From: Ginglymostoma cirratum
Lineage: Eukaryota
Reading direction: 5' to 3'
Length of the DNA stretch: 64,000 nucleotides
Assembly (NCBI GenBank): GCA_024137785.1
Contig: JAHRHZ010000140.1
Span: 34,955,047-35,019,046 of the forward strand
Shown here: in pieces, positions 1-12,684 of the stretch
Layout of the letters: every line of letters begins with the position of its first letter
How positions within the stretch are numbered: the stretch's first letter is position 1
Made by a program: the position numbers and the translations under genes
The notes under the pieces: model-generated
Told to the model about the DNA's origin: nothing
Seen by the model: the letters and a program-made list of their open reading frames with translations, nothing else
The model's database searches: none

Positions 1-260
1 GGTCAAAAGTGGTTTTAAGGAACATCTTAAAGAAGGAAAAAGAGGTAGAGATATGGAGAAGTTAAGAGAAGGAATCCCCGAGTTTAGGCCCCAGGTACAA
101 CGTCAAATGTTGAGACAATTGAAATGGGTGATGCTTATGAGGTCAGAATTAGAAATGAGCAGATCTCGAGGAGGGTTGTGGGTCTGAAGGCAATTATAGT
201 AATAGGGAGCTGAGAAGCCCAGGAAGTATTTAAGAACAATTTTAAAATCAGGAACTAGTG
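1..260 (-). mobile_element. L2-clade LINE 3' fragment (degenerate)
   Basis: Minus-strand peptide FKIVLKYFLGFSAPYYYNCLQTHNPPRDLLISNSDL resembles the L2 ORF2 C-terminus (FK.L.GLAP.YL..LL..Y.P.R.LRSS). Aligns by eye with 42960-43240. Confidence 0.65.
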
Positions 261-1458
261 TAGATGATTGAGCATAAGGTAATGAATGAACAATACTCAA
301 TGCAATGCTGCTGTCCGGTCACCAGTACTCTGAACAGCTGAATGGTGCTCCATGCAAAGTATTGCTTTTCAGTTGAGAGCAATGGCATAGTAAAAACACC
401 CATATTCCTTATAAAGCACTAACATTCTCACCAACACATCAGTGTGGGAGGTTCAGCAGCTTTTTAATCCTTTGTTAAAACTGTCAGTGTTTGCCAAGCA
501 CCACTGCTCAGCAGTACAGTTCACGCTGTGGATCATAGGAATACTAGCACACATCATGGATCGCTATCTTGTGATATACTGGCCAGTCAGTTAGACTGAT
601 CTTTTAGCTACTGGGGTTGATGTAGTTTCACAGGCATCCACTATAGTGGCTATATTTTAGCAATATATACATAGGATTCACTTAATTGCAGATTTAGTGT
701 CTAGTCCTGATCCACTTGTGAAACCAGTAGTCAACAAGTTGGGGGACTGAAAATGCAAATTCACGAAAGGAAAATGTTTGCACCACGCAACCGATGGAAC
801 TAAGTGACTGTACAGATTTGCTCCTCATTCCCTAGCCACTGGTTGAAAAACATCTCGGTTCTCTCATGCAATTTGTATTTCTCTGAAATAAATAAATTTG
901 TAAATAGTTTGAATGGTGACCTTTAACTGTTACCAGCTATGAGGCAGGTGACAAGTGGCCTGTGAATTTCATGGTTAAAATTCGATCCTGCAGAGTTCTG
1001 GAGTAACGCACAATATTCTGACAGTACAATATAAGCCTCTCATTCTCCTTGTCAGTTTTGTGTGAACATTTGTATTGAGGTATGTTGCAGTTGCATCTTC
1101 CGTTAAGTGTAGTGAGCAAAGAGTGATTAATTTCTTTACTGAGCTGTTACTTTCCTTCCATCTAGTGGAATGAACTGAGCGTGATTACAGTGATTTATAA
1201 CCAAAGATAAATTATTGCCAAACAAATAAATCAAATGCCTTTTCTTTTCAGGTTCAGTAATTTTCCACTGCATTTTGATAGTCTTCCACTGTGCTTGTGT
1301 TATAAATGACGTGTACAATATCTGATAGTTCAGAATTTGTTTAGGAAGAGAAGCAAGCTCTTGTTTGATGTTCAGACTCTGTTGCTACATTGTGAAGATT
1401 GTACATTGTTCCTCCTTACAATGTAAAATTGACATCTTCCTTTGTTTTTTATTAATAG

Positions 1459-1511
1459 TGTAAGTGGTCCAGAAAAGGCTTCATTAGAACACGATGGAGT
1501 GTCACTGATTG
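1459..1511 (+). CDS. INPP5A: INPP5A-like (type I inositol 1,4,5-trisphosphate 5-phosphatase) internal coding exon, 53 bp
   Basis: Acceptor 'tttgttttttattaatag|' and donor '|gtatgt'. Encodes CKWSRKGFIRTRWSVTD plus TG, matching the vertebrate INPP5A CKWSRKGFIRTRW motif. Its phase-2 end joins the next exon (TG|T = Cys). Confidence 0.93.
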
Positions 1512-3109
1512 GTATGTTCCAGTCCTTTTGATTTTAACTTTTACATTAATTTGCAATTTATTTAATAGCAGTAGAAGTACAAAACAGGTAGAGTTGTGAT
1601 TTGACATTTCGACCGTGGTCAGTCACTTCACTGTCATCTGTCACACCTTATGTCCTTGGAAATGCATTTATATTTGAAAGGGTTAATCCATCAACCTTGC
1701 CATTATTTTATATTATACTACGGTATTTTCATCCAACAATTTATATTTTAGTTTATCTGTCTTTAATAAGACAGAATATACATGGAAATATCAAGTTAGG
1801 ACTTCTTAGCATATCTTTTTTTCTGATCATCCATGAAGATTTCTTCCACTGATAACCATAGAAATGATCTGGATCATTAACAGTACTGTAGTGCCAAAAT
1901 ATCTTGAGGCTGCTTTTCATCTGTGATATTCCTTCTTCAAGAAAGGACAGTGGGATTTTCTGAGTTATGGAATGATCTTTAAACTGGAGATACTTTGTTG
2001 AGAAGTCGAGATATTGAGGGATGTGAAGATAAGGTAGTAAATTTGGATTTAAAAAATTGTCACTGCTAATAAAAATAATAAGGGTAAGAAGTATTTATGA
2101 CCCAGATAATGAGATTACCTGATGGCAGTTGGTTTGCCTCATGATTTTCTTATTACCCCTGAGGTAAGTGCACCACAACTACAGTAAGCTTTTCCTCTTT
2201 TTGTGGTATAAATATATTCATCCTGAGAAGGGCGATAGAGTTCTGAAGGCCATCTGTAATTGTTTCGATTAGCCCCAGATAGTCCCAGTGTATTGGACTG
2301 ACCTATACCCTTGGAATAAGATAACATAAACTACAAAGGAAACAAATCCTGAAATAATATTTTACTACTTTCCATTTAAGAATAAAATAGTTCTAGAATG
2401 TTGCAGAATACAAAATAACCTTATCTGTTTTAATATCAGTGACTTGTATATTTCTTCTGTGGGCTTTTGAAGTATGTTTCAAGTGATTTTGAGTCACTTC
2501 AGACTGATTCCAGGTCTTACCTGTATTGTTGATATCCATTGATATCAGTGGTGATTCAGTTACTGGTAGTAGGTGACCCCCTTCCCATTGCTGAGGTCTC
2601 TAAATTGTTGGAACAGAGAGGAACATTCACAATGCTGGCCTCTTTTAAAATGAGGAGAAAAGTGCACTGTTCCGGCCACTGAGCCTCTCAAACTGGCAAC
2701 ATGTTTCAATTCCTGTATATTTTTTGAAGAGACTTTGGACTGAAAGAACTTCCTTGATTTTCGTTCTTCCTTAAATATAACACGTCTATCATTTTTGGCT
2801 CATTATGTCATTTCCTTGGACCATGTCAGAAAGATTGAACAATACAAAACTATCAAGCATTCCTAATGTGGTCTAATTACTGACAACAGATACACCAGTG
2901 CTGTTCAATGCTAGATTGATCATTTAACATGGATAGCATGATGAAAAGTTAACCTTCACCTCTTAAGTAGAGTCTGCATTGTGGCTAATGTCATGGCTGA
3001 AGAGAGTCTGATCTGAGATGAGGGGTACAGAACATGGAAGAGATGAGGTTCCAAAACTTTTGAACATGGTACAAAAAGATTTATTAGAAAGGGAAGAAAG
3101 AGGAGTAGA

Positions 3110-3431
3110 GGGCAGCATGGTGGCTCAGTGGTTAGCACTGCTGCCTCACAGCGCCAGGGACCCGGGTTCGATTCCAGCTGTCTGTGTGGAGTTTGCACAA
3201 TCTGCCTGTGTCTGTGTGGATTTCCTCCAGATGCTCCGGTTTCCTCCCACAGTCCAAAGATGGGTAGGCTAGGTGGATTGGACATACTAAATTGCCCGTA
3301 GTGTTCAGGGATGTGTAGATTAGGTGGGTTATAGGGGGATGGGTCTGGGTGGGATGCACTGAGGATCAGTGTGGTCTTGTTGGGCCGAACGGTCTGATTC
3401 TACACTGTAAGGATTCTATGATCTATGATCT
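3110..3431 (+). mobile_element. HE1-type tRNA-derived V-SINE, full length
   Basis: A box 'tggctcagtgg', B box 'ggttcgattcc', V-domain 'ctccggtttcctcccacagtccaaaga', and a CR1-like tail ending (tatgatc)n. Confidence 0.9.
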
Positions 3432-4096
3432 GAGATGTCATGCACCTACAGGGATAGGGGAACAGGCCCTTGAGGAAATATGGCCAAAAGATAATGAGAA
3501 CAGGTAGCTGTGTGGGACAATATCAGGAGGTAAAGCACAATGATCTGGATGCAGATCATTGTGCTTTGATCATTTGATGAACTTGTGCTTAAACAATAGA
3601 TTAGTGATGAGACCTGTGTGCGATGAGACACAGGACATGAATGGGCTATAGCCAGAACAGTAAACTCATTGACCATCACCTATGAGGGCCAATCATCTAA
3701 CCTTGCAAGGAATGGACAATTTTCATGGTGTTGAACTGTTTCTTTCTTCTTTATTCTCTTCCTTTCTTCTTTCTTCTTTTCCTAAAGACAATGACTTTTG
3801 AGAGAGCTGCCTCAATCTGTTTGTAACATCAACAGGTGTCAGTTGGAGTCAACATGAAAATGCTTAATTCCCTTTTCTCCAGGAATTCCATTAATTTCCT
3901 ACTAATGTTTGGTCCTGACATCGAGACAAGCCCCAGTACAGATTAGTAAGTGTGCATTTGTGGAACCAGTGTAGAAGCTCGAACTCCTGAGCCTGAGCCC
4001 CAGCATGGCCTGTTCTGGAAATTCTTTCAATAAATTTGGGAACTTTTGGGAAGGCAGAAGAAAAACCATATTGTTATGACAGCTACACAGGTTCAT

Positions 4097-4226
4097 TAGA
4101 TATTAGGAGCTGCAGATGTTGGAGAATCTAAGATAACAAGGTGTAGAGCTGGATGAACACAGCAAGCCAAGCAGCATCAGAGGAGCAGAAAAGCTGATGT
4201 TTTGGGCCTAGACTCTTCTTCAGAAA
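4097..4226 (-). mobile_element. Penelope-like element terminal fragment with a degenerate hammerhead-like motif
   Basis: Minus strand 4192-4226 reads ttCTGAAGA-agagtc-ta-ggccc-aAAACATCagc. The adjacent sequence is near-identical (inverted) to the insert at 39365-39448. Confidence 0.65.
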
Positions 4227-4409
4227 CCTTCACAGGTTCATTAATGTCTTTTGGGGAAGAGGTCTTGTTACCTTGCCAAATGTGGTCTTTGTGTGACAAT
4301 AAGCCCATGTTATGTGGCTGCCTTATAAAGGTCTCTGACATGGCATTGCAAGTTGCCCAAAGGATGGGCAACAACTTGCAATCCTGATGATAAACTTGAC
4401 CAAGAATGT

Positions 4410-4944
4410 TATATGCCATTTTGGCCTTCTTATCTGAGGAACAATGTTCTTGCTAGAGAGGGAGTGCAGGGAAGGTTTAGCAAATTGATTCTTGAGATGA
4501 CAGGGCTGACATATGAGGAGAGATTGAGTCAGTTAGGTTTTATTCACTAGAGTTTAGAAGAATAAGGGGTATCTCATAGAAGCTGTTAAAATTCTAACAG
4601 GACTAGACAGGTTAGATACAGGAAGGATAGTGGGGAAGTCCGGGTAATAGTTTAAGTATAAGGAGTAAACCTTTCAGTACTAAGGTGAGAAAAACTTTCT
4701 TCAGTCAGAGAGTGGTGAGCCTGTCAAATCCACTACCACAGAAATTGGTTGCGGCCACAACATTATGTGTTTTCAAGAAGGAGGTAGATGTAGCTGTTGT
4801 GGCTAAAGGCATCAAGGGATATGTGGGGAGGGCAGGATTAGGAAATTGAGCTCGAAGGTCAGCCATGATCATAATGGCTTAGCAGACTGTGGGGAATGAA
4901 TGGCCTACCCCTGTTCCTATCTTCTATCGTCCTATTTTTCTATG
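4410..4944 (+). mobile_element. CR1 LINE 3' fragment
   Basis: Peptide EGVQGRFSKLILEMTGLTYEERLSQLG (CR1 ORF2 C-terminus) followed by a CR1 3' UTR ending 'cctatcttctat...ttctatg'. Confidence 0.88.
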
Positions 4945-5025
4945 ACCTGCTAAAAGGTGCAACTTAATTTCAATAAATCATGGGGAGGGGGAAAATGACT
5001 AGTTTCTTTCAAGAACAATTTCAAA

Positions 5026-5645
5026 GAATCATAGACAATACAAACAGGATAAAGCATTTGGCCAGCTTGCTCCGCCATTCAATAGGATTATAACTGATCA
5101 CTAACTTAGCACTCTGATTCGACTGTTTCCCGATACCCTTTGATCCCTTTAGCCCTAAAAACTATTCAATATTTTGGCCTCAGCTGCTTTCATGGAAGAG
5201 GAATCCACAGGCTCACCAATCTCTGGGTGAAGAAACTTCTCCTCATCTCAGTCCGAAATGGCTTACCCCATATCTTCGACTGCCTCTTGTCCTGGACTCC
5301 TCAGTCATCAGGAACATCCTTCCTGCCTTCACCCTGTCTAGTGATTTTAGAAAATTACGGTTTGTTTGAGATACCCCTCTCACTCTTGTGATTTCCAATA
5401 AATATAGTCTTAACCGATCCATCATGTCTTCATACGCCAGCCCTGCCATCCCAGGATAAATTTTGGTTGCACTCCCTTTGTAGCAAGAACATTCTTCCGC
5501 AGGTAAGGAGACCATAACTGCACACAGTACTCCAGGTGTGGTTTCACCAAGACGCTGTGCAATTGCAGCAACACATTCCTGCGGCTGTTTTGAATCCTCT
5601 CGTTGTGAAGGCCACTATACCATTTACCTTCTTCGTTATGTTACC
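5026..5645 (-). mobile_element. CR1 LINE 3' fragment
   Basis: ORF 5243..5515 peptide PGMAGLAYEDMMDRLRLYLLE...LDRVKAGRMF, with the CR1 tail at the left end. Confidence 0.85.
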
Positions 5646-7122
5646 CTGTGTTTGGTGCATATCTACATCCACAGGTCTAGCAAAAATAATGGCTTGCTAC
5701 ATGTCAATTTCACACATGTAAGCGGCATGCCACAGTAGGCCATCCTGGACTGTACCTATTATATACTCATGTCTGCTTTCCAGCAAGGACAACTGGGTAG
5801 CCACCAGGACCTAATCAGCCTGATTTTCTTCTTCCCACAGCACCAGTGCCAGTGACATCAAAGCCAATTGTAGTCCATTCACTGTCACCTCATTTGAACT
5901 GAATTAAGTCCAAATGGGTCAAGGATTTTGTAGCTTCCTTCTCTGGGTGGCTGAGCTACCCACAATGCGATGCATGCGCTAAATGTTTCTTTGTGAGAAT
6001 GGTGCCCGCACTCTCATTTATTTGATTTTAATTTGTTTAAAAATGTATTATTGGTTAAATTTGTAGAATATTTACTAGGGGGAGAAATCCATCAACTAGT
6101 TTTACAGGTCTGATCATTCTCTAGTCCCTCATCCCACATTACAATTTCATAATCAAATCTGAATGGATGAAACAGTCTTCATTACAGTGTTGTTACAAAT
6201 ATCAGCGTTGGATCACAATATTGAGTAGATTTGCATGTGGTAAAAGTGTGATGTGATTAAGTATTTTTCTTCCTAAGGATCTTCACCTGGTCAGAAGAGG
6301 AATTCACTTGTACTCCCTACCATTTAACTTTGGTATTCAGTTAATATCTTTCAGATCTGGAGCTCCTGTTAATGTTAATCTGTGCTCTTGATGAACTATA
6401 GAAAGATATTAAATGAAAGACTAAAAGGAATTCTTTTCAGCTGTTGGCAATTTCTTAATGAATGACATTTCTTCTCCAAGGTGAAAACGATTTTATTTTC
6501 CTATTTTCTTTGTATGAAAATTTTGCCTCAGATCTCATAAATCCTTCTTCTCCGAGTGCTTCCAAATGCTGGCTTTAAAACACTTAAAATAATGAAGCTT
6601 GGTTTTACAGATGTTTAATAACACTTAATAAACTAATGCATGAAATGGCATATTTTTATGATTGTGTTGTTCTTATTGTGAAGCTGCTGTCCCAAAGCAT
6701 ATGCATGGGGATGCATTGTTTAGTTTTCATGGATTAGATGACAATAGCATACAATATATAAGGCGTGAGCTGACAGGTATAATGAGGCTCCATCTGTGGA
6801 GTGATAGATATCAGAGTTTACTTACAATGTATTGTTTAAAAGCAATTCTCCATTAAAACAACAGAGGCAGTATGCTTAGCAAGCATATATGAATTTTGTA
6901 AAGGAAAATGGGCAAGCATTATTTTTGAAAGAATTTTAGTATTTTGTTAACCATAATATTTAACCTCCGTATGTGCAAAGGAAATGTTCCAAAATACAAA
7001 TGTCTTTGTATGGCTCCTATTATGGCAGTTTGATATGCAATGCTACCATTTTCTAAATTCTGTCATGATCGTAAGAGCACTTGCCTGATGATTCACTTGT
7101 GTGATGGTTATTTTCTTGACAG

Positions 7123-7242
7123 TGCCTTTGACTTGGTGAACATTCATCTTTTCCATGATGCTTCCAATTTAATTGCTTGGGAAACAAGCCCATCTGTCTA
7201 CTCAGGAACCCGACAGAAAGCTCTCACTTACGTACTAGATAG
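7123..7242 (+). CDS. INPP5A: INPP5A-like internal coding exon, 120 bp
   Basis: Acceptor 'ttttcttgacag|' and donor '|gtaaga'. Encodes AFDLVNIHLFHDASNLIAWETSPSVYSGTRQKALTYVLD plus AG, including the 5-phosphatase NIHL motif. Visible inside ORF 7040..7246. Confidence 0.95.
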
Positions 7243-7989
7243 GTAAGAAGGATATATACTTTACATTTTATACACTGAAACCAAGTGACCTCTTAATTTA
7301 GAAAATTATTTGCTTGGATGTGATAGCCAGCACCTAAAAGTCTTTATTTTGTTTGGTTTGCACTGTTGATTGGATCAGGTCCAGGACTGGGAGTTACTCT
7401 TAAAGAGTGTCATCTTCCTAATAAGCATTCAGCATGTGTTCCTTCATTTGATTAGAAGCACATAGCATAATGAGGAAAATCGCATTGAAATTCATCATTT
7501 CTCTATCTGTGTACGATGCCTTGAGATGAAAATAATGTTTGCCCTCTTCCCCTCACCAAAACAAAAAAGCAGATGTTGCCAACTACTTTTCGTGAAGACA
7601 GTATCCCTTTAACTGGAGGTAATTTTTAATGTACTGGTGATATATAATCAGCAAATTGCCAATTGAAAGGCTGCAAGGGGCAAATAGTTCAACATCTTCA
7701 GACTTGTATTGGACTGACTGCCTGTCATACACTCAGCAGATTTAATGCGTACAAAAATCAAACAGAGTGTATAACAGATCAAGCCATTGCTTGTCTCATG
7801 TTCCTCTATAATTGGAAGTTCCACCTGAGGTCTTAAAGCTTTGTTGTCAAGCTTTCTTTCTGAAGTCCCAGTATATCATGGTATTATCAATGCAGTGTGT
7901 AGTGGAGGGGTCAGTGGCACTGACACCATTTATGCCCACCTGGAACAAGAACTCAGCACCTTCTCTGCTGATGTGGCACCGAGCATGTG

Positions 7990-8500
7990 CCTAACATGCA
8001 TTGTTGTACTTGTTGCTCTGCTGCCCAGCCACTGCGCTGCTTCACCAGTTCATTGCACTGTCACTCCACTTCTCCTCTGGCCTGCTGCTCCATTGCCCTG
8101 TTTCTCTGCTGCTCCACTGGCTTTTGTCTCCATTGTGCCACTGCTCTACCACTTTGCTTATGCACTGGCTTGCCACACAGCTGCGTTGCTGCCCGGTTGC
8201 TCCAATGCACCATTGCTCCACTGGCTCACAACTCCATTGATCTATTGTTCCTCCACTGCCCTACCTTCTAGTTCACTACTGTACTACCCAGTCGGCTCAC
8301 CATCTGCTGCCCTGTTGCCCATGGCTTGTTGTCCTGCTGTGTCTCTCTATGCCCCGCTGTCTGTCTGTCTGTCTGCTGATTTTTGTCTCACTGTCCTGAG
8401 GCCTGTTGCCTTGCTGTCTCATTGCTCTACATTCTCACTTTCTCAGTGCTCCAATGCCCCACTGGCTCACCATCCTAGCCCATCTTTTGACTCTCTGCTA
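7990..8500. repeat. Degenerate pyrimidine-rich tandem/low-complexity repeat (ccactgc / ctccactg / ctgctc-like units)
   Basis: Many imperfect 'ccactg/ccattg' and 'ctgtct' units. Low A content gives long open frames rich in L, P, C, A and S. Confidence 0.7.
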
Positions 8501-10629
8501 TAATTGGCCATGTGAAACTTTGATTCTGAGCTAAAATATTAGGCTGGCACAATAAGATCACATAACATTTACAAGTGTGCATATCAGATAAACACTTGAA
8601 AAAGGTCACATTTTATTGTTTCTTTGAATTGCTCAATGGTAATGATAGTCCTAGACTTTGCAGGAAGTTATCTCCTCTGGCAGCGCTGCCATAGGCATTA
8701 TGACCTGCCTGAGTGGTGAGTGTTCCGCTGTAGTTGTAGTGGCAGTAAACACAGCCTTGTCAATGAGTACAACATAAATATTTTTGAAGGAACAGTAATT
8801 CCAGGTTACTCTGTTAGCCTTCACTTTGTGTCTCAAAACAATTAAGCTGAGTCCCTTTTAAATATGGAAATGAGCCAGTAAAAGGCTGAATTCTTTTGGG
8901 GCAGCTTCAATTTTAACAGAGCAGAATGTTTATAAGCATAAAGTAATGAACTGTGTTAAAATTAATAATATCAGCTGCCTTAAAACTTTGATGCTTTTCT
9001 GCAGCTTTTTTTTTGCTAAGAGCAACTTAAAAAAGGCTCAGTTTTAAAAAGGACCAACATGACTACAACCTACCCAAGGTTTTCTTGGCAGAACTTTAGA
9101 CATTCCTGGTCCTGTTAAGATCAGCTTAATTTCTGCCACATATTTTCTAAATGAATTATTCTATCTCTCGAATCCATTCTATCCATTTTGCTTTTGAGAT
9201 TTTAGACTACCTCAGGTGATGATAATGGTTAAACATTAAATGCCCTTGCACTAGATGTTTATTAGGAGGAGTTGAATTGGGATATTTAGCTGGTTTATAA
9301 TCCAATGCTTCTATTAAAAGCAAGAAAATTTCTATCTTTATGTGTCTCCACGTACAAGATGCTGAGAATTTGTTATTCGCTTTTATTGTGGAGTGCCACA
9401 ATAATGAAGTATGGTTGACACTGTGCATACCTACTGTTGCTTCTTTGTACAATGTGAAATGAATGGGCTTACACTGGCATTTAATATCCTCTTTGATCAG
9501 AACCTGTTAGATTTCTTCTGTGAGTTGCTTGCATTTGCTCCAGAATCTTTATCAGTCATATTTTTTTCACGTAGCATTGCAGGCTTTGATCTTAAAAGTA
9601 CCGTTGTGGGAAGGCATGCTAATTCCCAGAAAATACATGATGCAACCCCACCCCAGTGTGCACAGCTCTCACTATTTTCTTGTGGCTGCGAGGCACAAAG
9701 TGCACAAATTCCATTTTGGATATGCAGAGCACCTCATTAATGCAATTAAATCTGTCTCCTACCAATTGACTGGGAGCCCAACTTAACTTTAACTGGTCAC
9801 AGGCCAGGTTTTCCAAAACTCAGCAGCAAAACTGAGATGATAGCTTCTAGAAGGGGCAGTTAAGTTTTTTTTCTTGCAATTCTTGTAGGCTCAGGAGGAC
9901 CATGTGTGCTTCCTGGACGTCATCATCAGCCATCACTCTGCTGATTGTGACGTCTCTATCTCTTTCCCCCTGCCGGGTTTAGCCAGCAGCCCCACACCCG
10001 CAGACTCTCAACCAGCTGTTGGCTGGGAATTGAAATTGAGATATGCTGATGTGGCCTTGCCATTAAATTTTGCTTTTCCATGCTCCTGGATTGCTTTCAC
10101 TCTCCTTCACTCTCTTCGATGTCTTCCTATAAATATTAGAGAAAGGTGCTAGATGCACTAATGATATAGAAGTACTTGTAGAATTCCTGGCCTTTCAGTA
10201 TAGTCTGTGCATCCTAAATTTCTCATTTGTTTCTCTTTTATGCAGTATTAAGGGAGATTACCTCCCTCCATCTTATTTCCACCTAGACAGCATTGACTTG
10301 CTGCTCATTACTATACTCACATGATTAATCTGCAGCACTTAATCTCAAAGAGGCCAATCATTCCCTAAAGAGCCAATCTTAGTCCTGATTTTCAGCAACA
10401 GACAAATTTGAATCATGTTACTGCTGCAAAAACATAAGCCAGTCCCCAAACTGATATTTGATCATTTTAGTGTCTTGTGAGGCTTTTTCATTCAGATTTC
10501 AGAGAGTGTAGTATGTAGATGGTCACTCCCCTGACAGTGGATGCTGCGATGTTTCCTGCTTTATTTAGCTTCGACTTTTCTCATTCTCCTCTTAATTTGT
10601 TTTATTTCTTGATTTTGTTTATGTTTCCG

Positions 10630-11080
10630 CCACCATGATTCAGTTGGTCGCACACGTGCCTCCGAATCACAGGATTCCAGGATTAATCTGACTCCAGAAC
10701 TTGAGTTCAAAAACTAAGGTTGATCCTCCAGTGCAGTACTAAAACAGCAATGCACTGTTCAAGGTGCCAGCTTTCAGATGATATCTTAAACCAAGGCCCC
10801 ATCTGTGCACTTGGGTGGATGTAAAAGGTCATGTGGCACTATTTCAATGAAGAGCAGGGGAGTTATCCCCAGCATCCTGCCTAATATTTACCACTCAACA
10901 GTTTAGCTAATTATTATCACACTGCTACTTGTGGGAATTTACAGAGTACAAATTAGCTGCCTTATTTCCACATTGCAAAAGTGACTGCATTTCAAAAATG
11001 TACTTACTTCATGGTTTATAAGGTACTTTTGAGACATCTGGTTGACATAAAGTGCACTGTATAAGTGAAAGTTTTTCTTT
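10630..11080 (+). mobile_element. Deu-domain SINE (SacSINE1/AmnSINE1-like), near full length
   Basis: Degenerate tRNA head, Deu core 'ctttcagatgatatcttaaaccaaggcccc...ggtggatgtaaaag...ggcactatttc...gaagagcaggggagttatcccc', and an L2-like tail. Confidence 0.85.
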
Positions 11081-11136
11081 TTCCTTGTCTCCCTCATTTC
11101 CAGTGTCAGCTTCAAAAGCATCCATTTCATATCCTT

Positions 11137-11238
11137 GTTCTGAGGAACGGTCACTGGACTCAAAATGTTGACTCTGCTTTCTCTGCACAGCTGCTGCCAG
11201 ATCTGCTGAGTTTTTCCAGTAATTTCTGTTTTCGTGTC
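11137..11238 (+). mobile_element. Penelope-like terminal fragment with a degenerate hammerhead-like motif
   Basis: gttCTGAGGA-acggtc-actg-gactc-aAAAtGTTgac followed by 'gctgccagatctgctgagtttttccag', shared with the copies at 25450, 39340 and 42485. Confidence 0.75.
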
Positions 11239-12049
11239 CATTTCATAATTATATAGATTGAGATTTCCCCAAACAACTTGAGTGAAACTGTCCTGCAAGT
11301 TGTGATGATTATAGAGCACTTTCACTGTTATTGAACAACATGGTGAGTATTGCCTCCATTTGTAGGAAATTGACTCTCAACGAATAGCACAGTTTGAACT
11401 GCTGTTAAAGCATATCAAGCCATGTGCAATGATGACCCCAACTAGTGACAACGATACGCATGTATTGAACTAAAATTGTTCATGGCGCAATTGATTATTT
11501 ATCATTTAGATCTATTCGCAACCAGTTTTCTCTTTGTTCTGGGATTTCTTGTACAAACTGACACAAAAACTCATGTGTCATATGGGCAATTGCAATTAAG
11601 TAAGGTCCCAAAACTATAAAAATCTCAAATTTGACCCTAACCTGAATTTTATGTAAGCAGTTCTCGGTTTAATAGAATTAGGACAGAGTTGGCAATTTTA
11701 ATATGTGTTTTATGAGGCCAGTGCCTTAAATCTAACCTGCTTAGCAGGTTCAACCCGGGCGTGAGAAAACATGACAGAATACTTCTGTGGAGATATCTTC
11801 AGGAAGAAATGAGTGCCTTTATAGCAGCGCTTGTGGGCCAAGAGCAGCAGGACTGTTTCTGCTTATCCATGACCATTCTCCACTTTACCCTACCTTGAAT
11901 CAAAACATTTTTGTATTCAGGTGTCAGCCCCCTTACCCCCAAAGAGCCAAATCTGTCAGTCAGGCATCTTCCAGATGTGCAACCTGCGATAAAAATGCTG
12001 TGTTGTTGATTAAAACATTCTTGTGTAAATGGGGAGGAATCGAGTTGGC

Positions 12050-12190
12050 AACGGAGTGCAAAATTCGAGCTAGGCCGTACAGAGGTAAAGGGTGGAAACA
12101 TCTCTTTCATAGAATGGGCTGTAGAAATCTGGAACTCTCTCCCCATAAACTCATTGAGGCTGGGCCATTAGAGCTGGAAATCAATACTCC
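12050..12190 (+). mobile_element. Short, old CR1 3' fragment
   Basis: Peptide KIRARPYRGKGWKHLFHRMG..WNSLP-like ('tggaactctctcccc'). Confidence 0.55.
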
Positions 12191-12684
12191 CTGACTTGAT
12201 GAACAGCTAAATATATGACTTTCAGGACTTTTGATCATTTTTTGTTCGCAAGGATTTTGCGATTGAATTATGTTAAAGTATTAGGTTTTAATACAAAGCA
12301 AATGTACACAGTTTTGAAAGCTGCAGAACTTGAAGGAATACATTCAAACCAAATGGACTAGATTGTTGATTGCCACAACTGATGTATTTATGCCTCGTTG
12401 TCTCATCTCAAAGCATTATTACTAAGAATGACTTCCATCCACTTTAAGATCAACAGGAAATATTCCCTTTAAAGCCACACTCAGAAACTGTGAGATGTAA
12501 GGGATTGAGTGTGAGCGGAGTCAGAGGTGGAAAATAGGTTTTATTTCAAATCATTAGCAAGGAGAAACCTCTTTATCCAGAGAGTGGTTGGAATGTAGAA
12601 GTTGTTAACCACAACGAATAGCCAAGGCTGCTTGTACTGATGCATTAAAGTAGAAGCTAGATTCAGACTTGATCATGATTCATG

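Noticed and set aside
2106-2169. Strong donor 'gag|gtaagt' as an extra exon
   Set aside because: There is no good upstream acceptor or INPP5A-like reading frame, and the flanking exons already join in frame.
3110-3185. tRNA gene
   Set aside because: The A and B boxes belong to a SINE head that runs straight into the HE1 body; there is no complete cloverleaf.
5491-5508. 'ttcttccgcag|gtaagg' as a recursive splice site
   Set aside because: The pyrimidine tract is short, it lies in an antisense CR1, and the intron is only 5.6 kb, so it is probably chance.
7841-8503. 220-aa ORF, the longest non-transposon ORF
   Set aside because: It lies in an A-poor degenerate repeat that is open in several frames, has no domain motif and no ATG start, and stop codons are rare for compositional reasons.
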